DNA of 64,000 nucleotides, from positions 92,277 to 156,276 of the IMG/VR virus record IMGVR_UViG_3300042934_001067; one strand, written 5' to 3'. Source of the stretch: a virus. Below the pieces are notes generated by a model. It did not search any database, was not told where the DNA came from, and saw nothing but the letters and a program-made list of their open reading frames with translations. Positions 23,812 through 33,800 of the stretch are shown piece by piece (positions within the stretch are counted from its first letter, which is position 1; each line of letters begins with the position of its first letter). Made by a program: the position numbers and the translations under genes.

Positions 23812-24570
23812 TCACGCTGCGGCGGACAGCGGCATGACGGCGGCCTGGGCCTGTCGCTCCTTTTCGTCGAGGAGCCAGGCGAGGGCGAGCATGCAGGCGT
23901 CGCGGATGTGCTCGTTCCAGGGCATGTTCTTGCCCTGGTCCTTGGGCGGGGTCAGGTAGGCCTCGACCATCTCCTTGACGTGGGCCTTCTTGACCGGGTT
24001 CTGCTTGGTTCCGGCGCGGCCGATGAGGAGCTTCTTGGCGTGGCGGTTGTCGACCATGACGGCCCGGCCGCCGGTGGCCCGGTGGACCTCGCGTCCGGCG
24101 AGCAGGATGGACTCGACGCGCTGGCCGTGGACTGGCGGGCGCTCGTAGAGAACAGCGTCGGCCGAGGAGGCGTAGCCCCGGCGATGCTGCAGGACGCTGC
24201 CGTAGACGTACTCGGCGCGGGCGTAGTTGCCGTCGGTGGAGGGGATGTCCAGGACCTCGGCGGGCGGCCGGATCATCGCGGTGGACAGCAGGTGCAGGCC
24301 CAGCTCGTTGGACTTGAGCAGGACGACGCCGGTGTTGGCCAGGGACTGGTCGAATGCCTGGACGGTGGCGTGGGCGAACTGGTCGAGCGTCGGCGGCTGG
24401 AACGGCTTGTGGCGGATCGCGGTGTCCAGGCCGGGGATGGAGGGCTGGGCGGTCTTCATGAGGGCTCCGTTGGCGGTCGGAGGGGCGGGGTCGACGAGGC
24501 GGTCGCCGACGTAGATGTCCCGATTGGCGGTGTCGAGACCGACGTGTTCGAGCAGGCTGCGGATGGTCAT
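23812..24570 (-). CDS. RuvC-like Holliday junction resolvase
   Basis: QAFDQSLANTG, VLYERP, KKAHVK, NEHIRDACMLA. Confidence 0.7.
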   Translation of the reverse strand: MTIRSLLEHVGLDTANRDIYVGDRLVDPAPPTANGALMKTAQPSIPGLDTAIRHKPFQPPTLDQFAHATVQAFDQSLANTGVVLLKSNELGLHLLSTAMIRPPAEVLDIPSTDGNYARAEYVYGSVLQHRRGYASSADAVLYERPPVHGQRVESILLAGREVHRATGGRAVMVDNRHAKKLLIGRAGTKQNPVKKAHVKEMVEAYLTPPKDQGKNMPWNEHIRDACMLALAWLLDEKERQAQAAVMPLSAAA

Positions 24571-24583
24571 CTGTCGCGCTTGC

Positions 24584-25078
24584 TCATGCGCTGGGGTCCT
24601 CCAGGACGGGCTGGGGGCGGCCGACGAGGAAGACGCGGACGCCGTCGCAGTGGTAGGTGCGGGTGTCGTGGGTGAGGTCGTGCGGCATGTGCGGGCGGGG
24701 CATCGAACAGGTCATGTCGCCGTCGAGGGTCTCGGGGGTCGGCATGGCCTCGACCTCGGCCTCGTAGGCACGGCAGATGCCGTAGTTCCTGCCGCGCTGG
24801 CGGATGATCCACCAGCCCTTGGTGACGCTGAGGCTGATCGTGCCTGCGGTGAGCAGGTCTTCCAGCTCGGGCAGGAGCATGGGGTAGAGGGTGCCGGTCC
24901 TCTCGTCGCGCCAGATGACGCGGCAGGAGGAGACGCTGCGCTTGACGTCGTGGATGCGGAGGGTGGCGGCGAAGGGGTTGTTGGGGCGCCACTCTTCGGC
25001 GTCGTCCTGGTAGCGGACGAATCCGAGGAGGTTTCCGGCGGAGCTGAAGGGGGCTGATGCGGGGGTGATGGCAGTCAC
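24584..25078 (-). CDS. Hypothetical protein
   Basis: GTG at 25078 overlaps the upstream stop; YPM...GWWIIRQRGRNYGI. Confidence 0.6.
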   Translation of the reverse strand: MTAITPASAPFSSAGNLLGFVRYQDDAEEWRPNNPFAATLRIHDVKRSVSSCRVIWRDERTGTLYPMLLPELEDLLTAGTISLSVTKGWWIIRQRGRNYGICRAYEAEVEAMPTPETLDGDMTCSMPRPHMPHDLTHDTRTYHCDGVRVFLVGRPQPVLEDPSA

Positions 25079-25923
25079 GCGGCGAAACCGATCTTGACGG
25101 AGCAGGTGCTGGCGGGGCACTTGCGGGCTGCTGCCTTGGCGGTGCAGCAGGCGACGGGTGGCGGAGTTCCCATCTCGACGTACTGTCTGACGGCGCGGTA
25201 CTTCGCTTCCAGGCGGGCGATGTAGAGGTCGTCGCGCGGGATGGTGAACTCGACCATCTTCCATCCGTCGCTCATGGCGAGGAAGAGAATCAGGGCCTTC
25301 GTTTTCCCGGTGAGGGCCATGTACTCCTGGGCCTGGCCGTAGTAGTAGGGCCACTTGAGCCTGAAGGCGTCCAGGTCGTTGCTTTCGATCCCGCGCAAGG
25401 CGGCGGGAGCGGAGGTCTTGAGGTCGAAGATCGCGGCGCCGGGCTCGCACCAGCCGGGGATGTCGAGGAGGCCGTCCATGTGACCGCGCCGTCCGAGGAG
25501 GTCGTCACGTACGCCCCACTCGTCGCACTTCCCCTTGCCCTTGCCGTGGGGCTTGCCACAGCAGACGCAGGTGCCCTTCGGCGGAACGAGGAGACCCATC
25601 TTGATCATGACGGTCTGGACGACCTCGTGCATGATCGTGCCGACCAGGACGGACATCCGGGGGCCGTAGTCCCACTCCGGCTCGATCCACTTCTCTGGGT
25701 GGGCGAGGTAGTAGTACAGCTTCCGCTCGTCCATCGTGGGATGGGTCGAGGGGTGGAACCAGCCGTCGGGCTCACGCTTGGCGGCGTAGGACTCCAGGCG
25801 GACCACGAAGTTCTTGGGGAACGCGCACTGCTGGACGGCGTTTTCAATCAGCGGTACGAGGACCAGCTTCTGGCTGTCGGCGACGACTCGCCGGAAGCTG
25901 GGGGTGAAGACGGGGGCGGCCAC
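25075..25923 (-). CDS. PD-(D/E)XK exonuclease (Cas4/RecB-like)
   Basis: FHPS, GTIMHE, GHMDG, FDLKT, QAQEYM, terminal Cys cluster. Confidence 0.8.
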   Translation of the reverse strand: MAAPVFTPSFRRVVADSQKLVLVPLIENAVQQCAFPKNFVVRLESYAAKREPDGWFHPSTHPTMDERKLYYYLAHPEKWIEPEWDYGPRMSVLVGTIMHEVVQTVMIKMGLLVPPKGTCVCCGKPHGKGKGKCDEWGVRDDLLGRRGHMDGLLDIPGWCEPGAAIFDLKTSAPAALRGIESNDLDAFRLKWPYYYGQAQEYMALTGKTKALILFLAMSDGWKMVEFTIPRDDLYIARLEAKYRAVRQYVEMGTPPPVACCTAKAAARKCPASTCSVKIGFAA

Positions 25924-26347
25924 CGGGGGCTCCCTTCTCTTGCTGCAGGTCGTCCGCCTTCTCGGGGTAGAGGGCGGCGACGCGGCTGGCCCGGACGAGG
26001 AACGAGGCGGCGGCGACATGGTGGCCGCCGTGGGCGTCGGGCAGGACGAGCTTGGCCATCTCCAGGGCCAGGTCCTCGACGGTCTTCTCCTTCGCCTCGG
26101 CCTTGTCGCTGCTCGCCCACGACACCCAGTTCCAGGTGTAGAGGGCGAGCTTGATGACGGCGACGGCGAGGAAGCCCCACTGGAAGGTGGCGAGCGAGTA
26201 GACGATCCAGACGGCCTGGGTGAACATCGCCCAGAGCCAGCCGACAGCCTTCTTCTTGCCGACGGCGCGCAGGGCGACGAGGCCGACGAGGTCGATGCCG
26301 CCGAGGATGTAGTTCCAGGCGTCGTCGAGGTTCACGTGCAGGTTCAC
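25844..26347 (-). CDS. PnuC-like small membrane protein
   Basis: GKKKAVGWLWAMFTQAVWIVY...QWGF...NWVSW. Confidence 0.6.
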   Translation of the reverse strand: MNLHVNLDDAWNYILGGIDLVGLVALRAVGKKKAVGWLWAMFTQAVWIVYSLATFQWGFLAVAVIKLALYTWNWVSWASSDKAEAKEKTVEDLALEMAKLVLPDAHGGHHVAAASFLVRASRVAALYPEKADDLQQEKGAPGGRPRLHPQLPASRRRQPEAGPRTAD

Positions 26348-26379
26348 AGGGGGCTCATTTCGCTGATGGGGTTGATGGG

Positions 26380-26838
26380 TTATGCGGCCTCGTGGAGCAG
26401 GCGTTGTGCGAGCTGCGCGATGACGGGGATGCAGCGCGGGTTGGCATCGACGAGGGCTTCGAGGATGGGCTTGGCCTTGTGCCAGCGTTCGGCGTCCTCG
26501 CGCATCTCGGCGAAGTCGAGGAGGTCGCAGACGGCGAGGTCGGCGTGGACTTCGAGAGAGGCGTTGTTGTAGAAGCGCAGGGCCAGCATGGGGCGTTCGC
26601 CGCTGGCCTGCTCTCCTGCCTTCTCCCACATGGCGCGGGTGACGCTGATGGACTTGGCCAGGGTGGACTTGCCGTCGACAGCGAAGGCGAAAGTGCAGGC
26701 CGTGTGGTCGTGCTTGGCGTCCATCTGATCGCGCCACTGGTTCCCGCTCCCCCGGGTACGACGCATGCCGAGTACCTCGGCCAGCCGCTCCTCATGGGTG
26801 TCACCCATGCGCTTGTTGAGGCCCTTGTCGGTGGTCAC
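26380..26838 (-). CDS. Hjc-like PD-(D/E)XK resolvase/endonuclease
   Basis: GDTHEERLA...GSGN...MDA...VDGKST. Confidence 0.65.
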   Translation of the reverse strand: MTTDKGLNKRMGDTHEERLAEVLGMRRTRGSGNQWRDQMDAKHDHTACTFAFAVDGKSTLAKSISVTRAMWEKAGEQASGERPMLALRFYNNASLEVHADLAVCDLLDFAEMREDAERWHKAKPILEALVDANPRCIPVIAQLAQRLLHEAA

Positions 26839-27272
26839 TTGCCCGGGTACTCCTCTGCGCAGAGGAGCTTGGCGGGCTGGTGCCAGTACCAGATCTCCGC
26901 GCCGTCCTCAATCGGCCGATCGTGGCAGGCGCAGTGCTCGACGGGGACGTCCTCGCCGTGCATGTAGACCAGGCGGGTCGGCGGGAAGGTGGGGTCGATC
27001 GGCAGGGGTTCCCTCGGCTGAGGGTCTTGGGGGAGGAAGTGGGACACGATGCGCCAGACGATGCCTCCGGCCACAACGCCGAGTCCCAGGGCGGTCGCGA
27101 TGAGCAGGGTTCCGAGGCGGAATCCCTCCGTGTCGGCGGCGGCGCCGATGTCGAACTCGTCGTGCAGCTCGTACCAGGCGGTGGCGAGGACGAACAGGAT
27201 GACCCCTGCACTGGCGTAGAAGAAGGTCTCGGTGCCGGTGGCGGCCCAGGCACGCTTCAGGGTCTTCTTCAT
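26835..27272 (-). CDS. Membrane protein with C-terminal Cys motif
   Basis: Two TM segments; CACH...LLCAE; ATGA coupling to recA. Confidence 0.65.
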   Translation of the reverse strand: MKKTLKRAWAATGTETFFYASAGVILFVLATAWYELHDEFDIGAAADTEGFRLGTLLIATALGLGVVAGGIVWRIVSHFLPQDPQPREPLPIDPTFPPTRLVYMHGEDVPVEHCACHDRPIEDGAEIWYWHQPAKLLCAEEYPGK

Positions 27273-28396
27273 GCTGCGGCCTCCGTGATCTCACCGGTGG
27301 TGGTGTTGACGCCGTCGGGGGCGTCGTCGTAGGTGACCTCGTGGTCGTCCTTGATGTCGCTGGAGATGGCCTCCAGGGCCTTGAGGCGGACCTGCTCGAC
27401 CAGCTCGGGCCGCTCGGCGATGGCGGCCTCGACGCCGGGGCGTCCGCCCTTGACGGTGGTGCCGTCGGGCATCTCGTAGGAGACGGTGGACAGGCGCTTG
27501 ATGGCGCCGGTGGCGATGCCGAGGGTGATGGCCTCGTCGGCGCGGTCGATGCCGACGGGGCCGTACTTGCTGCTGGCCTTGTTGAAGAACCAGTAGTCGG
27601 CGACGCGGCCCTGGGGGGCGAGCTTGTTCCGCTCGACCTTGGCGCGAATCTGGCGGCCGACCTCCAGCTCGGCGGGGGCCTTGGAGACGGCGTCCGAAAT
27701 GGAGACCTTCTTCGTGGGCTCGCCGGTGCGGCTCATCTTGATCTTGGTGGTGGTGTTGTACTTCAGGGCCGACGGCCCGGCGGACTTCTGGCCGCCGCGC
27801 GGGTTGCCGATGTCGGCCCGGTACTGGTTCACGAAGATCACGGCGGCGTTCTGCTCGCGGCACAGGCCCGCGACACGCTTGACCATGCGGGAGATGACCT
27901 GCGAGTTCTTGCCCATGGCGGAGTCCTCGGCGCGCTTCTCGAAGGCGGCCTTGGACTCCATGCCGCCGACGGAGTCGACGGTGACGAGGCAGATCAGACC
28001 GTCGCGCAGCAGCATGCTGATCTGGTCGGAGACGTCCTCGGAGTGGTCCGGGTAGACGTGGATGAAGCGGTCCTCGTCGAGGTCGAGGCCGAGGAGGGCG
28101 GCCCACTCGAAGTCGAAGGACTGCTCCATGTCGATGACCGCGACGCCCCGGTCGGGGAACTTCTTCTGGGCGTCGACCATGGCGAGGATCGTCTGGGTGG
28201 TCTTGCCCATGCCCTCGGGGCCGACGATCTCGTGGGTGCGCTTGAGGGCGAAGCCGCCGCCGAGGGCGTAGTCGAGGGTGAGGGATCCGCTGGAGATGAA
28301 GTCGGGGCGGGTCATGGTGTCGCGTCGGGTGACGCGGTCGCCGTAGACCTTGGTGAGGTCGGCGCGCAGCTTGGCGAGGCGGGACTTGGGCGGCAT
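27269..28396 (-). CDS. recA: RecA/UvsX-like recombinase
   Basis: ISSGSLTLDYALGGG, GPEGMGKTT, IDMEQS, VDSV, IFVNQYR, ALKY, KVERNK. Confidence 0.93.
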   Translation of the reverse strand: MPPKSRLAKLRADLTKVYGDRVTRRDTMTRPDFISSGSLTLDYALGGGFALKRTHEIVGPEGMGKTTQTILAMVDAQKKFPDRGVAVIDMEQSFDFEWAALLGLDLDEDRFIHVYPDHSEDVSDQISMLLRDGLICLVTVDSVGGMESKAAFEKRAEDSAMGKNSQVISRMVKRVAGLCREQNAAVIFVNQYRADIGNPRGGQKSAGPSALKYNTTTKIKMSRTGEPTKKVSISDAVSKAPAELEVGRQIRAKVERNKLAPQGRVADYWFFNKASSKYGPVGIDRADEAITLGIATGAIKRLSTVSYEMPDGTTVKGGRPGVEAAIAERPELVEQVRLKALEAISSDIKDDHEVTYDDAPDGVNTTTGEITEAAA

Positions 28397-28423
28397 GCAG
28401 GATCTCCCTGGCGGTAGAGCGGA

Positions 28424-28642
28424 TCAGGCTTGCGGCGTGTTGGCGATGGCCTGTGTGAAGGCTTCACCGAGGCTCCTGCGGGCCGTTCGGAGGTGGCCGA
28501 TATGTGCTCCCGCCTCGTCGAGCTTGTCGAGGAAGGCCATCGCCTTGCGGTAGCCGTCGACCAGCTGTGCGTCAGCGGCCTGGTGAAGTAGGGCCAGGTC
28601 GGCCGTAGCGGTCTCGGGGGTCGGCTTTTCGATGGAGGACAC
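28424..28642 (-). CDS. Small hypothetical protein
   Basis: AAGGAG RBS before GTG. Confidence 0.6.
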   Translation of the reverse strand: MSSIEKPTPETATADLALLHQAADAQLVDGYRKAMAFLDKLDEAGAHIGHLRTARRSLGEAFTQAIANTPQA

Positions 28643-28715
28643 GTGGCTCCTTGGCGGGAGGAGTGGTCAGCTGTGGCGGTCAGCTGTTGGCCAATGGCGG
28701 TTGGCTGAATGCAGC

Positions 28716-29330
28716 TTACGCCGCGCGACTGACAGGGGCGCCGTCGAGGACGGTGCGGGCCTGCCCGGCGTCCCACTCCAGGGCCATCTCGATGAGGGCG
28801 AGGCGCTTGAGCATGTACTTCTCGCTGTTGTAGTCGCCGGGCGGGGCGGTGCGGGGGTCGCCGTAGACGCGGCCCTCCTCCAGGCGCATGACGGTCTTGC
28901 TGGTGGACTTGATGGCGTAGGCGAAGACGTTGCGGGTCATCTTCAGGGCGAGGCGGCTGGTCTGGATGGCCTTGCCGAGGCGGGTCCAGGCGGCCTGGCT
29001 GTACTCGGAGCGGTCCGGGGTGAACCCTTCGGTGGAGGGGCTCCAGGTGGGGGCCGACATGACCTTGATGGACTGGTCGACGGTCTCCCGGGCAGTGCCC
29101 TCGTCCCAGTCGAGGACGTAGTCGAGCTGCAGGAGTTCGAGGCGGCCGAGGGCTTCGGCGACGTCGGGCGGGATGAAGCCGGACTCCAGGGCGGCGTACT
29201 CGCGGACGGAGAGGCCGACCTGGAGAGCGACCTTGGCCTGAGAGAGGCCGAGCTGGGTGCGGCGCTCGTGGGCCTTGACGCCGAGGAAGCCCCAGTAGGG
29301 GTGGCGGATGGAGGGGATGAAGCTGGCCAT
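28716..29330 (-). CDS. Tandem XRE-HTH regulator (candidate repressor)
   Basis: RRTQLGLSQAKVALQVGLSVREYAALESG and SRLALKMTRNVFA...TVMRLEEG. Confidence 0.75.
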   Translation of the reverse strand: MASFIPSIRHPYWGFLGVKAHERRTQLGLSQAKVALQVGLSVREYAALESGFIPPDVAEALGRLELLQLDYVLDWDEGTARETVDQSIKVMSAPTWSPSTEGFTPDRSEYSQAAWTRLGKAIQTSRLALKMTRNVFAYAIKSTSKTVMRLEEGRVYGDPRTAPPGDYNSEKYMLKRLALIEMALEWDAGQARTVLDGAPVSRAA

Positions 29331-29346
29331 GACGGCTCCTTCGGGA

Positions 29347-29814
29347 CTACTCGCCGCTGGGGGCGTGGGGCAGGGAGGCGGCGTTGGCGACGGTGTCGAG
29401 AGCCTCGATGATGGCCTCGGCGTCCTGGTCGACGAAGATCTTCTCCGCGAGGCTGCGCTTGCGGTCGGGGTCCTCGGGGAGCGGCTCCAAGACCCGGCTC
29501 ATCCAGGTACCGCAGCGGGTGCAGAATCCGGCGCCGTTGCGGTACTTGCGGCGCTCGAAGGGGCCGTGGGGCTTGCCGGTGCCGTCGCAGGCTGTGAAGG
29601 TCTGGTACTGCTTCCAGCACTTCTCCTCGGCCTCGGCGAGGGACTTGCCCTCGCCGCGCAGGAAGGTGCCGCCGGGGAACGCTTCGAAGAAGGCGGTCTG
29701 GTAGGCGCCGCCCGGCCCGCCGACCACGACGCCGCGTTCGCCGCCCTGGATGAAGACGTCGTCGGGCCAGTCGTGCTGGGCTTCGGTGCGGGTGTTCTTG
29801 ATCAGTCGGGCCAT
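29347..29814 (-). CDS. Hypothetical protein with Cys/His motif
   Basis: GGAGG RBS; FFEAFP..TFLRGEG, C..H...YRNGAGFCTRCG. Confidence 0.7.
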   Translation of the reverse strand: MARLIKNTRTEAQHDWPDDVFIQGGERGVVVGGPGGAYQTAFFEAFPGGTFLRGEGKSLAEAEEKCWKQYQTFTACDGTGKPHGPFERRKYRNGAGFCTRCGTWMSRVLEPLPEDPDRKRSLAEKIFVDQDAEAIIEALDTVANAASLPHAPSGE

Positions 29815-29836
29815 GGCGGCGCCTCCAGAGGGTGAG

Positions 29837-30415
29837 TCAGTTCTTGATCTTGGTCTTGCCGAGCGGGACGGCGTCCTTGAACTGCGGCAGGTCCATCGGC
29901 TCGGAGTAGAGGAAGTACGACTGGTTCGCGCCGACGCTCCACTCGACGTAGGCGCCGCTCTCGGCGTCCTCGCCGTAGTACGAGGTGCAGTTGGACTGGC
30001 TGGAGTAGGTGCCGTCCATGGAGGGGCCCTGGACGACCATGTCGCCGTCGTACTGGCCGAGGTCACCGCGCGTCTTGGTCTCCGGCGGGAGGAGGCTGAC
30101 GCAGTAGGTGACGGGCAGCCCCTTGAGGACGTAGTAGCCGTACTGGCCGTTGGCGTTCTGGATGTAGACGTAGGACAGCTTGTTGGCCTGCTTGCCCCAG
30201 GTCTTGATCCAGAAGTTCTTCGTCTCGCGGGTCGGCGAGTAGTCGAGCTTCGCGGCGGGCTGCTTGGCGACCAGCTCGTCGTAGTTGCTGTTGCGGGCCT
30301 TGTTCTCCTTCGACCGCGAGGAGGGCTTGGACTCCTCCTCGCAGGCGGTGAGGCCGACGGCGAGGAAGACGACCGCGAGGGCGGCGAGGATGCGGTGGGT
30401 CAGGCGGCTGCGCAC
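29837..30415 (-). CDS. Lipoprotein
   Basis: Signal peptide ending in the LTAC lipobox; AGGAG RBS. Confidence 0.8.
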   Translation of the reverse strand: MRSRLTHRILAALAVVFLAVGLTACEEESKPSSRSKENKARNSNYDELVAKQPAAKLDYSPTRETKNFWIKTWGKQANKLSYVYIQNANGQYGYYVLKGLPVTYCVSLLPPETKTRGDLGQYDGDMVVQGPSMDGTYSSQSNCTSYYGEDAESGAYVEWSVGANQSYFLYSEPMDLPQFKDAVPLGKTKIKN

Positions 30416-30837
30416 TGGGTCTCCTGGATGTTCAGGTCGAGGGTGTAGGGGAGGTCGGTGTCCTGGAAGGCCTGCCGGTGGTTCTGGGAGGCCTTGGAGT
30501 TGTAGGAGGTGATGGAGTCCGCCCGGGCGTTGCGCTGGGCGGTGATGACCTGCTGGAGCTTCTCCGCGCGGTCCTGGGAGGGCTTGGTGGCCAGCTCGGT
30601 CTCGGCGTTCTTGATGGCGGCCTCGGCGGTCTGGACGGAGGCGCAGAGGTCGAAGAACTCCTCGTAGCTGCCGATACGGAAGTCGCCGTTGGCGACGGTC
30701 TTCTCCCGGACGTCGGCCGCGCCGCGCAGGTCGGCGGTGGCCCACCTGATGCCGAAGGTCACGGTGGTGATGGCGGCGATGCCGAAGGACACCCAGGCGA
30801 TGATCTTGATCAGAAGGCGACGGTCGGATCTGTCCAC
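30400..30837 (-). CDS. N-terminally anchored membrane protein with coiled coil
   Basis: Single TM then helical region; overlaps the lipoprotein start. Confidence 0.7.
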   Translation of the reverse strand: MDRSDRRLLIKIIAWVSFGIAAITTVTFGIRWATADLRGAADVREKTVANGDFRIGSYEEFFDLCASVQTAEAAIKNAETELATKPSQDRAEKLQQVITAQRNARADSITSYNSKASQNHRQAFQDTDLPYTLDLNIQETQCAAA

Positions 30838-30847
30838 GGTGGGCTCC

Positions 30848-33800
30848 TCAGAGGGGCTGGTAGGTGACGAGGCTCAGGCCCCGGTCGTTCTTGCGGAGTT
30901 CGGCCAGGCAGAGAGCACCCTTGGTGAAGCGGCGCTGCTCGACGGCCCAGGCGTCGCGGAACACGGCGACGCGGAGGGTGGAGATCTCAGTCTCCAGGCT
31001 CAGGAAGCCCATCTCACCGTTCTTGTGCGGCCGGGCTCCGGCGACGATCGCGGCGACGTAGTAGGTGCCGTTCGGGCCGGTGGCCAGCCGCTCGGCCTGC
31101 GCGCGGAGGGTGGCGCGGTCCTGCTCGCCGAGGTCGTCGAACGGGGTGCTGGAGAGGTAGGTGCCGAGCATCTCGTGCTCGATGGTCCGTACGTCGACCG
31201 GCGTGTACGGCTCGATGGTGTGGATCTCCATCGGCGGCGGCGCGGTGTACTGGCGGCAGGCCTTGGTGCAGCGCTTCGGCAGCGGCTTCCGCTTGAGCAG
31301 CTTGCCGGTGCGCGGGTTGATCGGTGCGGGCTCGCTGGCCCAGTCGAAGGTGCACCACACGCTCTGGATCTGGGTGGCGCCGGGGGCCGTCTCGACGGTC
31401 TTGTGGACGCACTGGGCGTCGTCGCCGGTCTTGGCGGCGAGCAGCTTGGCTTCCAGGCCGCGCCGGTTGGTGACGAGGGTGTCGAAGGCGCCGACGCGGG
31501 CGAGGAGGGCGACGACTCCGGCGTTGGCCTTGGGGCCCTTGCGCTCGGTGAAGTCGTCCCAGGTTGTATACGGCTGGCCCGCTTGTAGGTCGGCGACGGC
31601 GGCCGACCCCACGCCCTTTACCGAATCGAGACCGTAGCGGACCGCGTAGGTGTCGGGGTCGGGGCGGAAGCCCGCGCCGGAGCGGTTGATGTCCGGCGGG
31701 AGGACGTCCACGTCGAGGCGGCGGGCCTCCTTGACGAACTCGGGGACGCGGTCCTTGTCGACGGTGGACATGGCGGCGACGAGGAACTCGCGCGGGTAGT
31801 TGACCTTGAGGAACGCGGTCCAGTAGGCGAGGAAGGCGTACGCGTAGGCGTGGGACTTGTTGAAGCCGTACTTGGAGAACTCGGCCATCTGGTTCCACAG
31901 CCGCTCGGCGGCCTCGTGGGGCATGTCGACGCGGTCCAGGAACTCGCGCCCGGCGTCGGCGATGGCGGAGACCTTCTTCTTGCCGAGGATCCGGCGGACG
32001 CCGTCGGCTTCGGACTCGTCGTACCCGGCCAGGAGTCGGGTGACGGCCATGACCTGCTCCTGGTAGATCATGGCGCCCCAGGTGGGCTCCAGGACGCGGC
32101 GCAGGCGTTCGTCGGGGAAGGAGACGTCCTGCTCGCCCGCGCGGCGGCGGAGGTAGAGGTCGGTCAGGCCGGAGTTGGCCGGGCCGGGGCGGACGATGGT
32201 GACCATGTCGGCCAGCTCGGCGACGTTGCCTGGGCGCATGCGTTCGCACAGGCGGGTGCCGGAGTGGGTTTCGACCTGGAAGACACCGAGGGTGTGGGCG
32301 GCGCGCAGTTCGTCCCAGACCAGCGGGTCCTCGAACTCGGCCTCGAAGGCCTCCAGGTCGATCTCGTAGCGGCGCTGGTCACGCACCAGGTCGAGGGTCT
32401 GCTGGATGGTGTCCAGCGTCCTCAGGGTCAGGATGTCGAACTTCACCAGGCCGATCGCCTCGACGTCGCCCATGGCCCACTGGGTCACCATCTGCTCTTC
32501 GCCGTCGATGGTGCGCATCGGCAGCCAGTCGGTGAGCGGGGCGCCGGTGGAGATGACGACCCCGGCGGCGTGGCGGCCGTAGGACTTCAGGCGGCCGACC
32601 AGGCGCTCGGCCATGGCGAACAGCTCGGGGTAGCGGTCGGCGAACGGCTGGAGCTGGTCGGCGTGCTGGGCCCAGAGGTCCTCCCAGGACATGCCGAGTC
32701 CGGCGGTGCCCGCTTCGGCCTCGTCGATGAGGGTGGAGACCTGGCGGAGGTCGGCCGCCGCGCCTTCGGGGAGCTGGGAGGCGAGCGCACGGACCAGCTC
32801 GTTGATGACGGCCTTGTTCTTCAGCCGCAGCTCGGAGCCGATGGAGACGACCTGCTTCTCGCCCCAGCGCTCGCGGAGGTAGCCGAGGATCTCGGCCTTC
32901 CTGCTGGCGGGGAAGTCGACGTCGAAGTCGGGCAGGCCTGCGCGGCCCCGGGTCAGGAACCGCTCGAAGAGCAGGTCGTGCCGGACCGGGTCGAGGCTGG
33001 TGATGCGGGCGAGGTAGGCGACCAGGGAGCCGCCGCCGCTCCCCCGGCCGGGGCCGACGAGGATGCCGTTGTCCTTGGCCCAGCCGACGTAGTCCGCGAC
33101 CATGAGGTAGTAGCCGCAGAAGCCCTTCTCGACCAGCAGGTCCATCTCCCGCATGTAGCGGTCGCGGTAGATGCGCTGCGAGCCGGAGGCGCCGACCTGG
33201 GCGCTGGCGGGCAGCCGGTCCCAGTTGGAGATGCACAGGGCGTTCAGCCGTCGCTCGTCCTCGGCGGGGTCGCCGGTGAAGGAGGGCGTGGTCGTGTCGC
33301 CTTCGATGCGGGCGTTGCAGCGGTCCGCCAGCGCCGTGGTGTTGGCGATGGCCTCCTCTACGACGCGGTCGCCGAGGTAGGCGAGTCCGGCGCGGACCTC
33401 GGCCTCGCCCATGACGTAGAGGTTCAGGTCCTCGGAGAAGAGGTCGCCTTCGTCCTGAACGTCCTTGTTGGTCTGGCAGGCGATCCAGACGTCGTGGGCG
33501 TGGGCGTCGTCGGCGGTCGGGAAGTGAGAGTCGACGGTGGCCAGCAGCGGCAGGCCGAACTCGGTGGCCAGGGAGACGAGGGCCTGGTTGAGGTTGACCT
33601 GGTCCGGCATGTCGTTGGGCTGCAGTTCGACGTACAGGCGGCCCGGGTAGAGGTCCATGAGCCGGGTCAGACGCTGGCGGGCCAGCTCCATGTCGCCCGC
33701 CTTGACGGCGACGGCGACGGGGCCGCGCAGGCAGCCGGTGGAGGCGATGACGCCCTCGCTGTACCGGCCGAGGGTGTCCCAGTCCATGCGGGGGCGGAAG

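Noticed and set aside
25075-25923. Cas4-like nuclease as a cas gene
   Set aside because: No cas1/cas2 nearby; it sits among recA and resolvases like a standard phage exonuclease.
28665-28687. Direct repeat GGTCAGCTGT twice upstream of the recA operon
   Set aside because: Only two 10-bp copies and not seen elsewhere; cannot be separated from chance.
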